DNA from: Eutreptiella sp. 'Long Island Sound 2002'
Taxonomy: Eukaryota > Protista > Euglenida
DNA: 64,000 nt
Direction of reading: 5' to 3'
Assembly (NCBI GenBank): GCA_964036045.1
Contig: OZ038378.1
Location: forward strand, 173,166,001 to 173,230,000
In this document: positions 1-12,189 of the stretch, one piece after another
Numbering within the stretch: the stretch's first letter is position 1
How the letters are laid out: every line of letters begins with the position of its first letter
Position numbers and translations under genes: made by a program
Notes under the pieces: generated by a model
What the model was told of the DNA's origin: nothing
Seen by the model: the letters and a program-made list of their open reading frames with translations, nothing else
Database searches by the model: none

Positions 1-627
1 TGGCTTGGAATGTATAACCCCCCTGCCTCACCTTGACTCCCTTCGTCTTCTCGCCCCCCAACACACCTATTGTCTTCTTTCTTTCCCCCGCAAGCTGCGA
101 TATTGCTTGGTTCCATTTCAAGAGTAGGCTCTCTTGCAATTCTACTCTCAACCTCTGTCCTTCTATATTGTGCATGTCATGTTCCTCCTTTAGCGTCTAT
201 TGTTGCCACAGGGGGGGGACGTCTCCTTGCTTTTGTACGCGACCCCCCCCCAAGTAGAAGTGGGCCGAAGGCCCCCAGGGGGGGGGGGGGGGGATTGGAG
301 GGGAGGGTTCAGGGAGGGGCGATGGGGGGGGGGCGGTTGGGGGGGGGGTCCAAGTGGGGCGATTTGGGGTGGGGGGGGGGGGGGGCACAGGCTCCCCATA
401 CCTCCCCTTGCCATCCATCTAACCATACCATCACCATAAACCTAACCCTAACCTTTGCAGCCAGTTGGTTTGGCGATGCCAGCCATGTTGATTGGGCTGA
501 ACAAGATCCCCCAAATTTCGTTCATGGCTGCTTTTGCCACATCATTGCTCTCCATTTTGGACCCCAAAACTCACTCTAACCCGAGCTTAGGGTGAGAGCT
601 AGGGCTAGGGGCAGGGCTAGGGTTAGG

Positions 628-1846
628 GTCACCGAGCTGGTGGAACCAGTCTTGGTTTTATAACCCTTTTTGGTGTCTAGGGTGGACCTACCAGGTTTAG
701 CAGCAGCAGCAGCAAGCAGCAAGCAGCAGCACGCGCGAAATGGGCAAAAATCAGACCTCCGTCGTGGTGCTTTGGATTTGGGTGAAATTTTGGTGCATGA
801 TACCTATGGGTGTGAAGTACAATCACACAAAGTTTGAGCAAGAAACTCAACGGTGGCGGCCGGGAACGGGATTCGCAAGTGGCAGACCTCAGTTTCAAAA
901 GCTGCAGTTTAGGGCCAAAAACAGCCATTTTTGGGCCAAAAAAGCACTGGAACACACTCAAAACGGCCAAACGAAGGGAAACAGTAGGTGCACTCCACGT
1001 GCAGCTTCACTTCCCCGTGTCAATGAGCTCTTCGTGGCCCTCTAACTCCATGATATGTCCCGGAAACGGCCCAAAAAGGCCCCCAAAAGCTGTAGATTGG
1101 CTGCCGACAGCCACAAACCAAGAATAGGCCATATCTTTGGCTACATGGCTCAAAATGCGATTCCGAAGGCACCTACTCCACCCGCAACCCCCCACTTTTT
1201 GTGGTTTCCACCCCTCCAAATTGCCCAAATGGACGCCTAGACCTCCATACCTAGGCCCACTAGGCTGCGGCAAGCTACAAGCTCAAGCCCAAACAGGTGG
1301 GTGCCCAAACGGGTCAACAGGGTCCAGTAGGGGCAAAAAAAGACTTTTCTCCAAAATGATCCTAGACCATGTGCGACCCTAAAACAAGTGTTTTTGGACC
1401 GTTTTGAGCTTGTGGTGGCCCATTTTGGTCCTCCAAAAATCCCAAATGCCTTGAAAATGGGCTGTTTTGGGACCAAAAATGGGTCAAAAATGGGTCAAAA
1501 CCGCGTTTTTCCAAACCTCATCCTAGACCATTCGGGGTGCACAAACGGGTGAAATGAGCCCATTTTGAGCCCATTTTGGGGCATTTTGGCCCCTCAGAAG
1601 TCCAAAAAGCCTTGAAAGTGGGCCTCGTGGTGATGGGGTTCACTTGCAAGCTGATTCCACTTTGTCAAGAGCCATCAATGTGTGAATCATTCTTGATGTC
1701 CCTCACCAGTCATAGCTGATGTTCCCTCCCCCACCAGCTCGGTCCCAATATTCAGTCTTGATTAGGGCTAGGGTCACCGAGCTGGTGGAACCAGTCTTGG
1801 TTTTATAACCCTTTTTAGGGTCTAGGGTGGACCTACCAGGTTTAGC

Positions 1847-1877
<31 letters not shown>

Positions 1878-4272
1878 GCACGCGCGAAATGGGGAAAAAT
1901 CAGAACTCCGTCGTGGTGCTTCAGACTCGGGTGAAATTTTCGTGCATGATACCTATGGGTGTGAAGTACAATCACACAAAGTTTGAGCAAGAAACTCAAC
2001 GGTGGCGGCCGGGAAAGGGGTTCGCAAGTGGCGGACCTCGGTTTCAAAAACTGCAGTTTAGGGCCAAAAACAGCCATTTTTGGGCTTAAAAAGCCCTTGA
2101 ACACATTCAAAACGGCCAAACGAAGGGAAACGGTCGGTACATTGCACGTGCGGCTTGACTTTCCCGTGCCAACGAGCCCTTTGCGGCCCTCTAACTCCAT
2201 GATATGTCCCGGAAACGGCCCAAAAAGGCCCCCAGAAGCTCCAAATGCCGACAGCCACAAACCAAGAATAGGCCATATCTTTGGCTACATGGCTCAAAAT
2301 GCGATTCCGAAGGCACCTACTCCACCCGCAACCCCCCACTTTTTGTGGTTTCCACCCCTCCAAATTGCCCAAACGGACACCTAGACCCCAATACCTAGGC
2401 CCACTAGGCTGCGGCAAGCTACAAGCTCAAGCCCAACCAGGTGGGTGCCCAAACGGGTCAACAGGGTCCAGTAGGGGCAAAAAAAGACTTTTCTCCAAAA
2501 ATGATCCTAGACCATGTGCGACGCTAAAACAAGTGTTTTTGGACCGTTTTGAGCTTGTGGTGGCCCATTTTGGTCCTCTGAAAATCCCAAAATGCCTTGA
2601 AAATGGGCTGTTTTGGGACCAAAAATGGGTCAAAAACGCGTTTTTCCAAACCTCATCCTAGACCATTCGGGGTGCACAAACGGGTGAAATGAGCCCATTT
2701 TGAGCCCATTTTGGGGCATTTTGGCCCCTCAAAAGTCCAAAAAGCCTTGAAAGTGGGCCTCGTGGTGATGGGGTTCACTTGCAAGCTGATTCCACTTTGT
2801 CAAGAGCCATCAATGTGTGAATCATTCTTGATGTCCCTCACCAGTCATAGCTGATGTTCCCTCCCCCACCAGCTCGGTCCCAATATTCAGTCTTGATTGG
2901 GGTCACCGAGCTGGTGGAACCGGTCTTGGTTTTATAACCCTCTTTAGTGTCTAGGGTGGACCTAACAGGTTTGGCAAGCAAGCAGAAAGTAGCAAGCAGT
3001 AAGCAGCAAGCAAGCACGCGCGAAATGGGGAAAAATCACAGCTCAGTCGTGGTGACTCGGATTCGGCCAAAATTTTGGTGGATGCTACCTATGGGTGTGA
3101 GGGACAACCACACAAAGTATGAGCCAAAAACTCAACGGTGGCGGCCGGGAATATATAGGCGTCACACGTGCCAGACCTCCATTTCGAAATCTGCAATTTA
3201 GGGCCAAAATTCAGCCCTTTTTTGCCCAAAACCGCCCTAGAACCTGCTAAAAACGGCCAAATGAAAGGAAATAGTGGCTACTCTACACATGCAGCTAGAC
3301 TTCCCCGTGCCAAAGGGCCCTCTAGGGCCCTCTAACTCCACAATATGTCCGCGGACCGCCCCCAAAAGGCCCCCGAAAGCCCCAAAATTTGTGCACATTG
3401 GCCGCCGACAGTCCCAAACCAATACAGGGATTGAATATTGGGACCGAGCTGGTGGGGGAAGGAACATCGTCTACTTCAACGACAAATGAGGTACGCAATG
3501 GAAAGTGGATGAGAGTGGCTCAAAAGGGGCTAAAAATGAGCTGTATTCATCACACCATATCTTGGGCTACGTGGCTCAAAACGCGATTTCGAGCGCACCT
3601 AATCCACCTGCAACCACCCACTTTTGGTGGTTTCCACCCCTCAAAATTGCCCTAACCGATGCCTAGACCCCCGTGCCTAGGCCCAGTGGGCTGCGGCAAG
3701 CTGCAAGTGGTAGCCCAAAGAGGTGGGTGCCAAAATGGGTCAACAAGGTCCACCGGGTGCAAAAAAAAAAATGACTTTTTGCAAAAATGATCCTGGACCA
3801 CATGGAATGCCAAAACAAGTGGTTTTGGCGCATTTTGAGCTCATGGTGGCCCGTTTTGGCCCTCCTAAAATCCCAAAATGCCTTGAAAATGGAATGTTTT
3901 GCGACTAAAAATGGGTCAAAAATGGGTCAAAAAAAGTGCTTTTCCAGAAATGATCCCAAACCATTTGGGGTGCCTAAACAAGTGGAATGGTCCCATTTTG
4001 AGCCCATGTTGAGCTATTTTAGCCCCTCTCAAGGCCGAAAGGGCCTTGAAAATGGGCCAATTTGGGACCACAAATGGCTCAAAAACGGGTCAAAACCATG
4101 GTTTTCCACAAATGATTCTAGTCTAGTTGTGGTGCCCAAACGGATGAATATAGCTCATTTTGAGCCCCTTTTGAGTCGCTCTCATCCACTTTCCATTGCG
4201 TATCTCATTTGTGGTTGAAGTCTCCTAGACGATGTTCCTTCCCCCACCAGCTCGGTCCCAATATTCAATCCT
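628..4272. repeat. Tandem array of ~1.1-kb units (628-1772, 1773-2901, diverged third unit 2902-4272) with short terminal inverted repeats
   Basis: Each unit starts gtcaccgagctggtggaacc (about 628, 1773, 2902) and ends ccaccagctcggtcccaatattca; accgagctggtgg and ccaccagctcggt are reverse complements. Internal sequence is highly similar between units 1 and 2 (for example the CAGCAAG repeats and the mirrored ORF text). Confidence 0.9.
3425..4272. mobile_element. Non-autonomous TIR element with ~130-bp terminal inverted repeats
   Basis: 3425-3550 is the reverse complement of about 4140-4272 (gattgaatattgggaccgagctggtgggggaaggaacatcgtcta versus tagacgatgttccttcccccaccagctcggtcccaatattcaatc). No coding capacity is evident. 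Confidence 0.75.
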
Positions 4273-4275
4273 CAT

Positions 4276-4380
4276 TAGGGTTAGGGTTAGGGTCAAGGGT
4301 AAGGTTTGGGGGTAGGGTTAAGAGTAGGGCGAGGGTTGGGGTGGGCGTTAGAGTCAAGGTTGGGTTCAAGGATAGTGTTG
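4276..4380 (+). repeat. Degenerate interstitial telomere-like (TTAGGG)n tract
   Basis: ttagggttagggttagggtcaagggtaagg...; related tracts at 589-630 (G-strand), about 1762-1774 and 436-456 (C-strand, cctaaccctaacc). Confidence 0.8.
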
Positions 4381-5191
4381 GAGTGCAAAGTGGACAAAAT
4401 GGGCAAGGGGAACGAAAAAAAATTTCGGGCGCCTTCGGCGCCACCATATGTATGGCCACTGGCTATTCACCTTTGGCAACTAAGTGGGCCTAGAGGGCAG
4501 GCAGAGGGGGGGGGGCAGGGGAGTCGCATACCAGAACCGAGGAGACGTCCCCCCCGTGGTTGTTGCTCACTTTGTTGTGCTTTTTTGCCCTTTCATGTTG
4601 TCTTCTCTTGTGCCACCTCCATGGCGCTTGATCGGCTTCCTTTTGGTTAGCATGCCCCCCCCCCTCCCCTGCTTCTCCTCTTCCCATGTGGTGACCCTCT
4701 CTTGGCGCGTCACCCACTTCTTCTTGGCATGCTTGTTCCTCCTTAACCTCCTCTTCAATACACTGGTCTCGACTGTTGCACACCTCCTTTGCCTCCTCTT
4801 CTATCTTTTATTCACTTCCCGCCCCCCTTTTCCCCGCTTCTAGGGTGGGGGGGAAAGGTTTGCGGGGGGCAGAACAATATGGTCGGTAGCAAGATACTGG
4901 ATGCCCCCACCTAAGCACTTCCAACCAATGTTCTCAAAGTCCCATTATTGTAGCACACCAACACACAGAAACAAATGCTAAGTACAGAAAGACCATTCGG
5001 ACCAATCTGCAAATGTTAGCCCCGTCAAGACGTATCATGGCCCGTAGAACGTGATGCTTGCACCCGAGTCACACTCTTTAGGCCTACTCCACTATGATGG
5101 GTAGGCAACAGCACACGAGGTAGAACAACTGTACCAGGAGGCTCTGTCACTGTCAAAAGTAGAAAAGCGTGAACATGACACAGTTGTGGAC

Positions 5192-5900
5192 TTAAGGCAC
5201 TGTCACGTTGTTACATGTGTGCATGTCAATGCAATCAGTACAATATTGCAGTTGACACTTGTCCACAACACATACATCCCCATCGTCACCGACAACATCC
5301 TCATCATCATTGTCCTCCTGTGTAGGTGCAACCCATACATGTGCAGGTATGTGTTCCCGTGGACCATATGGAGGGTACCGTACTTGTCTTTGAATCAAAA
5401 ATTGTTGCAAATGCAAGAGTACACGCACGTACTCACGCAACTCGGTACCGGATCCCCTCCATATATTCCTTACGATGCCCCAATGCCACATGTGTACAAA
5501 CAAGTGCTCAATACGCGCCCCATAGAAACCATGAACGTCGTTGTACTCCTTCTGCCGATCGGTCAAATTTTTTCGACCGATAAATGGCCATGCCACATGG
5601 AGGCGCCCCTTGTATGCACCATCCATGGAGCCCATCTCATCATCCATATAATGTCCCTTCGCCCTTTTAGGTCCTTCACGATCCCAAATGAGCACATCAC
5701 CCCTGCCATCTCAGGGTCCCCATGGTGGGGAGAAATCAACCTAGAAAGGAGTGAATGTGGTGGAAATGAGCAAAAGGCATGTGAAAAGGGGGTGAAAATG
5801 GGTGAAATTCGGTGTAAATCCAAAAATGCCACATCCTCAATGTGGAAGAAGCCACAAAACCCGCCGTCAAACAACAATGATGCCCACACTATCACAAAAT
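5192..5900 (-). pseudogene. PIF/Harbinger-like (DDE_Tnp_4) transposase remnant
   Basis: Minus ORF 5192-5695 has DGAY...PF...LTDRQKEYNDVHGFYGARIEHLF, matching the DxGY...P...LT..Q..YN..H...R..IE..F pattern of PIF/IS5 transposases. The upstream part is frameshifted. Recognised by eye. Confidence 0.7.
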
Positions 5901-6084
5901 ATGGGTTTCTAGTACAGCCAAACGCCCAAGTAGTCGCACTGCGCTTAAGTCCCCCCCCCCTTGTGTACCACGCACAGCTACCACACCACACCTTCTCTCC
6001 TTCATCCTGACACCGCACCACCTCCTCATTCACCTTGCCCCAAGCCCAGAAACAGCTTCTTTCCTCCGCAGCTTACAGCTACGC

Positions 6085-6306
6085 AACCTCCACTTCAGTC
6101 ATGGTCCAACTTACGCGTTGTGCCATGGGGCTGGACAGTCAAAGCGGACAGACAAGGCCAAACCCTGAAATACACACCACACGTTGCCCACTCCGCAACC
6201 ACTTCAGTCATGGTCCAACATAAGCGTTGTGCCGTGGGGCTGGACAGTCAAAGTGGGCAGACAAGGCCAAACCCTGAAATACACACTGCACGTTGCCCAC
6301 TCCATC
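6085..6306. repeat. Tandem duplication of a ~112-bp unit
   Basis: ccacttcagtcatggtccaac...cacgttgcccactcc occurs twice in succession with few mismatches. Confidence 0.85.
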
Positions 6307-9289
6307 CTTGCCACACACTGTGTTGCGGAAGTCCCAAAACAGGGTCTGACAGCCACGGGCCACGCGGTACAAGGAACTGGCCAAGGCCTGACACACATGT
6401 GTGGGTCCCACCCAACGTGCCGATACCCCAGCAGGCAGCTGGGTGCCCGCACCTCAGCACCCTGCAGGACCAGGTTCAGCCTGAGCTCTGGGCCACCAGT
6501 GCAGGAGCTAAGGCTCAACTGCATGGTTCACCCGGTTTATTCCTCTGGGGCCAGCTCCAGCACTGCACGTTAAAACACCACACATTGCTTCACTCATGCT
6601 TGCCTCTGCCCCCCTCCTTCTCTGGTGTTGGGAGGCAAGGCACCAGATATGGCCAAAAAGGGAAGATCCAATATGGCCCTGGAGGGGGTTTGGGATGGGG
6701 AGTGCTCAGCAAGTGGTGGTCCCAAGTTAACCTACCCACCTCATCAGATGCTGCAGACTTGGACACACCACACTTGGACCCGCCCTGCCGCAATGCAGTG
6801 CTGGCAATCACATGCGGGACGTATGTTATGTTAAGCGTAGTTTCGCGACTGCGTGGTAGGAAATACTGGAACAAGGGCCCGCGGATCATTGCAATTCCGG
6901 GGAGGGGGGGGGGCTTTGAGCCTGTTTCCCAAACCTCCCTCCCTTTAATTCAGCTTCAAGGAGCCAGGCCCCTGTACCAAAAGCATCGCAGGACGTCTGA
7001 TACTGCTCAGAGCAGTCATTCGCATTGGTCATTCTACACAAATCTGATTCCTCATCGTTTTTCCCAAGAAATTGTTCTCAGCAAATTTCAATGAAGAAAA
7101 TGGTGTGGTCCTTCGAGCCTGTTTTCCAGAACCCCCCCCCCCTCTAATTCACACCGGCTCGAAGGGCCCCGCTCCCCGGAGTTGCAATGGATCGAGGGCC
7201 TAGATAGATGCCCAAGTGGTCTGCACTGTGGGGCACAGAGGTGAGCTTTGACACACAGCAAGCACGAAGGAAGGGAAAGAGGGCCACGGTTACGGCTTAA
7301 GCCGCGTCTTTGGCAGCGGTTTTACATTAGGGTTGGGCAACAGTTGGGAGAAGGTGACAGCAGATTGGGGTTGGGGGGCAATGGCAGGAGTGAGTATGGG
7401 AAATTCTGGCGGGTGGGGATATATATAACGTTGAGCAGCAAGGAATGTTGCATGCAGTCAGTGGGTTGGAGATGAGCATTGCTGTCAGGATTCTGGTGTG
7501 CGGGCTCCAAGAGGTGCTTTAAGGGCTACAACGCTGAAGGGACAATGGTGGATTGACGCTTTTTGTATCAGAACGACTTATCCCCAAACGGTTCCTCAAT
7601 TGAAGGGAGAAACAAAGATTGGCAACAAAGACCGTTCTCAAATGAAACGGCACAACCCTGACCTCCCCCCAAAAGAAAAACAATACAAACGACAAACCTG
7701 ACATGGGACAGCACGGCCCTGGATTCAGGGTGGATGGATCCCTGTTGCGGGCCCACAGATGCACTTCAAGCACAGCCAGGGAGACAGCCTCAGTTGTGGC
7801 CCCTTTGGAGGCCCGCAGGCCACCCGGCCCCTAACTCCACCACTGGCAGCCCCGGTATCGGACTCCCCGAGTTCCGCTGCCAGCACCCGCAGCACCTGGA
7901 CAAACAACCCTGACCACCCCCCGTGCAGCAAAGAGGTGTGCCAGTGTGCCCCAGCCCCCGCCGGTGCTTCAGTGCCCGCCACTGCCAGGACAAACACACT
8001 GCGTGGAAGATGGCGCGCAGGAAGTAGTTCCATGCCCCAAGGGAACTCACCGTGGCGGCGCCCCTTGGTTGAGCCCGGAATGCTATGGCCTCTACGGACA
8101 GATGGACCCAGAGGGCACCCATTCTGCCAACCCCTTAAGGGGGGGGGGGGGGGTGGGGGGGGGCAGGTTCAGGGAGGCGACCTGGACGTAGCCGCACTAC
8201 CTTGCGCCTGAAAGGCCTGGAGGGAGGGAGGGGGCGGGGGGGGAATAGGGCTGGCACAGACCGGGTCCCCTCTGAGGCAAACAATGAGGTGCAGGAACAG
8301 CAGCGGCCACACAATGCCTGGTCCCGGGCACGGGTGGCGGTGGATCTACTGCTGCTGCGCTCTGCCTGGAAGGTGCACACACGGAACCAACGGCACCTCC
8401 TGTGATACCCCCCCTGCCATTCCCTCATGCGCACGCAAGGCCCAGGTCAGGGAAACCAATGGTCAGACAGGGATCGCGCACTAAGACAAGGCTGTGGCTG
8501 CACACGACGGATTCCAAGGAACATTTCGCGACAAATTCGAGGCTGAAGGGGGGACGCACTCCGGGGCATGAACAGAAACAGCATGCACGCTGCTCTTTCT
8601 GACTACCACGGGCTCATACCTCTCCTATCGGACATGCTCGACCACAAGAACTGTGGTCAGAAACATACCAGGGGGGGGGGGGGGGGATTGGTGCGGGCAT
8701 ATTTTGGTACCGCAAAATTCGGTGAGGGGAAATTTTGGACAACCATGGACAAGTGTGGTACAAATTTTCCAAATAATGGGCAATATAGGAATGGAACAGG
8801 GGACTTGTAGTTTGGAGGTGTAGTACTTCTACACCTCAGCTGTCTGCTTTCCCTGCAACTCACCTGTGAAACAGGGTTCAAAGTGAAAACATGATGTCCC
8901 CAACAATTCAGACCCTTGGAACCTTGTAATGGAGAGAAAATGTGCATAGATCTGGTAAAGGCAAGAACGTGGCTTCGGTCCTTAAATACCACGGCAAAAT
9001 GTGGTACAATTTTGCTGTGGCACATTTCGCCGATCCGAATTTCGCACCTGCCAAACTCCCCCTCCCCCCCCCCCCCCCGGTAAATGTCACAGGGAGTGTG
9101 GTTCAGCAGTGAGAGTGGGAAGGCACGTGTGCTCGACTCCGACCTTGGGAGGGGGTGAGGGTTCGATCACAAGGGCAGATAGACATAAGCCGGCCACCGT
9201 GGGGTCACGGAGGGATCAGGTTAAACGTCTACGTCGGGTGGATATGGTACAGAAAATGGCGACGCCGGTGTGCACAAATACGTGCATGA

Positions 9290-10150
9290 GACGTTGTGCT
9301 GGGACAACTGGACTTAATTGACACTGCCATCAAAGAGAACCGCCTTCTATCCCTCCACCGAGATCCACGGACAAACCTTGCTGACGGTGGGTTGCTGTTT
9401 TTCACCGGACACTCTGTTTTGTGGAGGCGCTTGGACTTCCTTAAGTCGAGTGCTGAAAACGGAAGGAGCCCGGTGGTGCGCAAACCAGGAATCTTCTGGA
9501 AGTGGCAGGACCACCAGTGTGACCACCATGACGGTGTAGTGGGAAGCGTGTCCACTGCCCGCAGGTTGCCGCCACAGGCTTGCTCCCGCCTGCTGCCTCT
9601 TCCTTCTGCTTGCTGCTACTTTCTGGCATATTTCTGGCTCTGTATGGCTGTGTGTGCCTCCATGTGGCGGCCTGTGGCTGTGCATGGCAGTGTGCGGAGG
9701 TGTGTTGCTGTGGAGGGCTGTGTGTAGCTGTGTGTCGCTCAGGTTCGCACTATACAGCCGCGTGTAGGCGTGTAGCCGCAGGCGGGAGCGCCAATGACCA
9801 TCGTTCAGTGCAGTCTGTAAGTAAGGGGTGCTGGCTGAGGGTGACGCAGCCGCATGCTGGGCTTGGAAAGGTGGAAGGGGGTGCAACAGCCGAGCAACGC
9901 AAAGGGAACGCTCCAGCCTGTCGGGATTCAGCCCCATTTGCAGGCTGCAGTTGGATCAATTGAGTAGGAGGCCATTGCACCTGGCCGCTCACAGTGTTGG
10001 ATGGATCGTCAATGCAGCCTTCAATGCTGAGCAAACGACAAGCGTGGTGTCCATTACATGCAGCTGGGCGGCTGCCGGGTATTCCACGGCATAAGACCGA
10101 TGCCACCCCTCGCTGGCACGCTTGTGCAGACATGTTCCCACGTGTTCCCA
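9290..10150 (+). pseudogene. Possible DIRS-like (tyrosine recombinase) retrotransposon remnant
   Basis: LLSLHRDPRTNLADG resembles the DIRS RNase H end; RRLDFLKSSAENGRSP resembles the VDLFAS..N methyltransferase motif; LAAHSVGWIVNAAF...CSW resembles the recombinase HS.R..A...W box. The order fits DIRS but the matches are degenerate. Confidence 0.35.
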
Positions 10151-10242
10151 GCCATTGGTGCCACGCCCCGGGTTCAGACAGAAATGTCCGCAGGCCGCGG
10201 CTCTCCTCCTGCGGCGCCGCTCGAGCATCTACTCCGAACCTT

Positions 10243-10490
10243 GGGTAAAGGTAAAAGGTAAGGTACCTCGGTCATCTCCAAGATCCAGCGTACAATGATC
10301 CTTTATCTCTCGCAGGGTCCCTTCCGGTTCGCGGGGTTGCAGACACCCTAGCGCCTAAGACGCTACATTCCTGCTTAGGTCTCCAACGGGATTGGAACCT
10401 GGAACCTCTAGCTCAGGCGTCAGGTGCAATGACGGCTGGACTATGCGACCTCGTTTCCTCCGAATCTTGGGGTCCCAACCTGGGGACATG
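10243..10490 (-). mobile_element. tRNA-related SINE-like element
   Basis: Minus 10450->10378 reads GGTCGCATAGTCCAGCCGTCATTGCACCTGACGCCTGAGCTAGAGGTTCCAGGTTCCAATCCCGTTGGAGACC, a 73-nt tRNA-like head with A-box and B-box (GGTTCCAATCC) and an imperfect acceptor stem. A ~110-nt body and a short TTACC(T) repeat tail follow. Confidence 0.6.
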
Positions 10491-12189
10491 AATATATATA
10501 CATAGGTATAGTAGTCATACGGTCTGACCTCTCGTCTGGCCTCAGTCTCTGGGCAATTGCAGGTCCATCAACAGCGGTTGCAAGGATTCGGTTGGAGGGA
10601 ACGGATGACGGCCTTCAAATGCGGTCTTTGAAAGAGATATCTTCACCGCCAGACGCCATGGAAGCGCTAGTGCACCGGGCAGTAGACTATTCAGGGTAGT
10701 CTGGGATGTGCCGCACGTGCTTCAGGCTTTCACCGCGCCACGGGACGGCCTTGCCCAGGGCGCCTCCAATGATGAAGGACTCGACTTCGGGGATCAAATG
10801 CAGGGGCTCCAACTTCATGCAGTCGCCAGCGAAGTTACCGCCAACGCTCGCCACTGAATAAGGCGACTTGTGGGGCTTAGCCTCCTCAATACGGGACCAT
10901 CCCTCGGCGGGATCGGGACTCGGTAGACTCGCCGGCTGTGGAGAGGGCAATGCGACTGGGGGCGAAGTGAGGGTCATCCCGTCACCATCGCACAGGCCCA
11001 CAACCTGCCTTGGCCCCAGCCTAGGCTGCAGCACCAGCACGAGCTCCCCCGGCCCAACCCCAGCACCAGCATCAGCAGCAGCCCAAGCCCGCGGCCTCCG
11101 ATACCCTAGCTGCAGCACCAGCACCAGCGCCAGCGCCAACACCAGCCGCCTGGTGCTGGGGCTGGGGTTCGGGCTGGGTGGGAGATAGCGCCAACAAGGA
11201 GTGAAGACGGACGCACGGCCCCAATGCATCGACAAACGCACGTACCGTATTTGCCTCCTGCAACACCAGTTCCGCTGAGCCGCACCTCGACGCCACTTTT
11301 CTGGGCGACTGACTGTCCTCCTCCTCCTCCAAGCAAAGACTTCCGCTGCCATTCGCCATCCTCTTCTGCAGCGACGCAGACATGACAATGACCAAGGCAC
11401 ACGAGACGCAGTACCGGGGCCACAGGGCAGGGGCGCACACCATCAAGAACGACCGAGGCTGGTGGACCTGTTCTTCGGGGGGCCGGGGGGGTAAAGGGGC
11501 GTCCGTGGGGCCTCACGAAATGTGATATGAGAGGAAATTGGGGTGGACTCGTGGGGGGACCCGCGTTGGAGGGGGCATGCGGAGGCCTGACCGGTCGTGG
11601 TGACCCGTGTCGTCTGTTGTTCTTTTCAGAGCGCCGCACAGTCCGGTCCACCGCACATGACATGCAACGGGGCCGTCCAGAAGTAGAAACGCCAGGCCTG
11701 GCGCATGGTCTTCGCGGCGCCCCTTCGTCCGCGGGGCTGCAGAGGGCACGCCGGTGTTGCGGTCCGCAGTCCTCACGGGGCTGCAGACTGCAGACGACGG
11801 GGAGGGCACAGGGCGCGACACATACCCGCTTGGCTGTCGGGCTGTTGGACCATTCAGAAGAGGTGATAGAACTGCTGACCTGAGGAAGCACGGGAGGGCA
11901 GGAGAAGATGTACGCACTGCACAGGCAAGGACACAGTATGGACGGGGCGTGCCTTAGACCTATCCGTCCAAAAACACAGAGCGATCAATGCTGTTGCTCC
12001 GTCTGCCTCCTCCGGCAGGAAGGCGGTGGTGGAGAAGTGGTTAAAAAGTATCCTACTTTCGACTAACACTGATCACTGAGTCCTCAGTCTTCAAGGCCCG
12101 GGATATTCTCTGCAAACGATGGTAGTCTCCAGCAACAATCCAACGCAATCCGATCTGCTTGGGGAAAGGTGAGGTTTCTGCTGATGCCG

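Noticed and set aside
436-630. True chromosome end
   Set aside because: The tracts are short, degenerate and internal, with ordinary sequence on both sides.
677-2661. ORFs within the 1.1-kb units
   Set aside because: Frames are not conserved between near-identical units and show no recognisable domain.
5186-6010. 274-aa plus-strand ORF
   Set aside because: It is the antisense shadow of the transposase remnant.
10378-10450. Functional tRNA gene
   Set aside because: The acceptor stem is mispaired, the anticodon arm is non-canonical and the B-box has a mismatch; it is embedded in a SINE-like unit.
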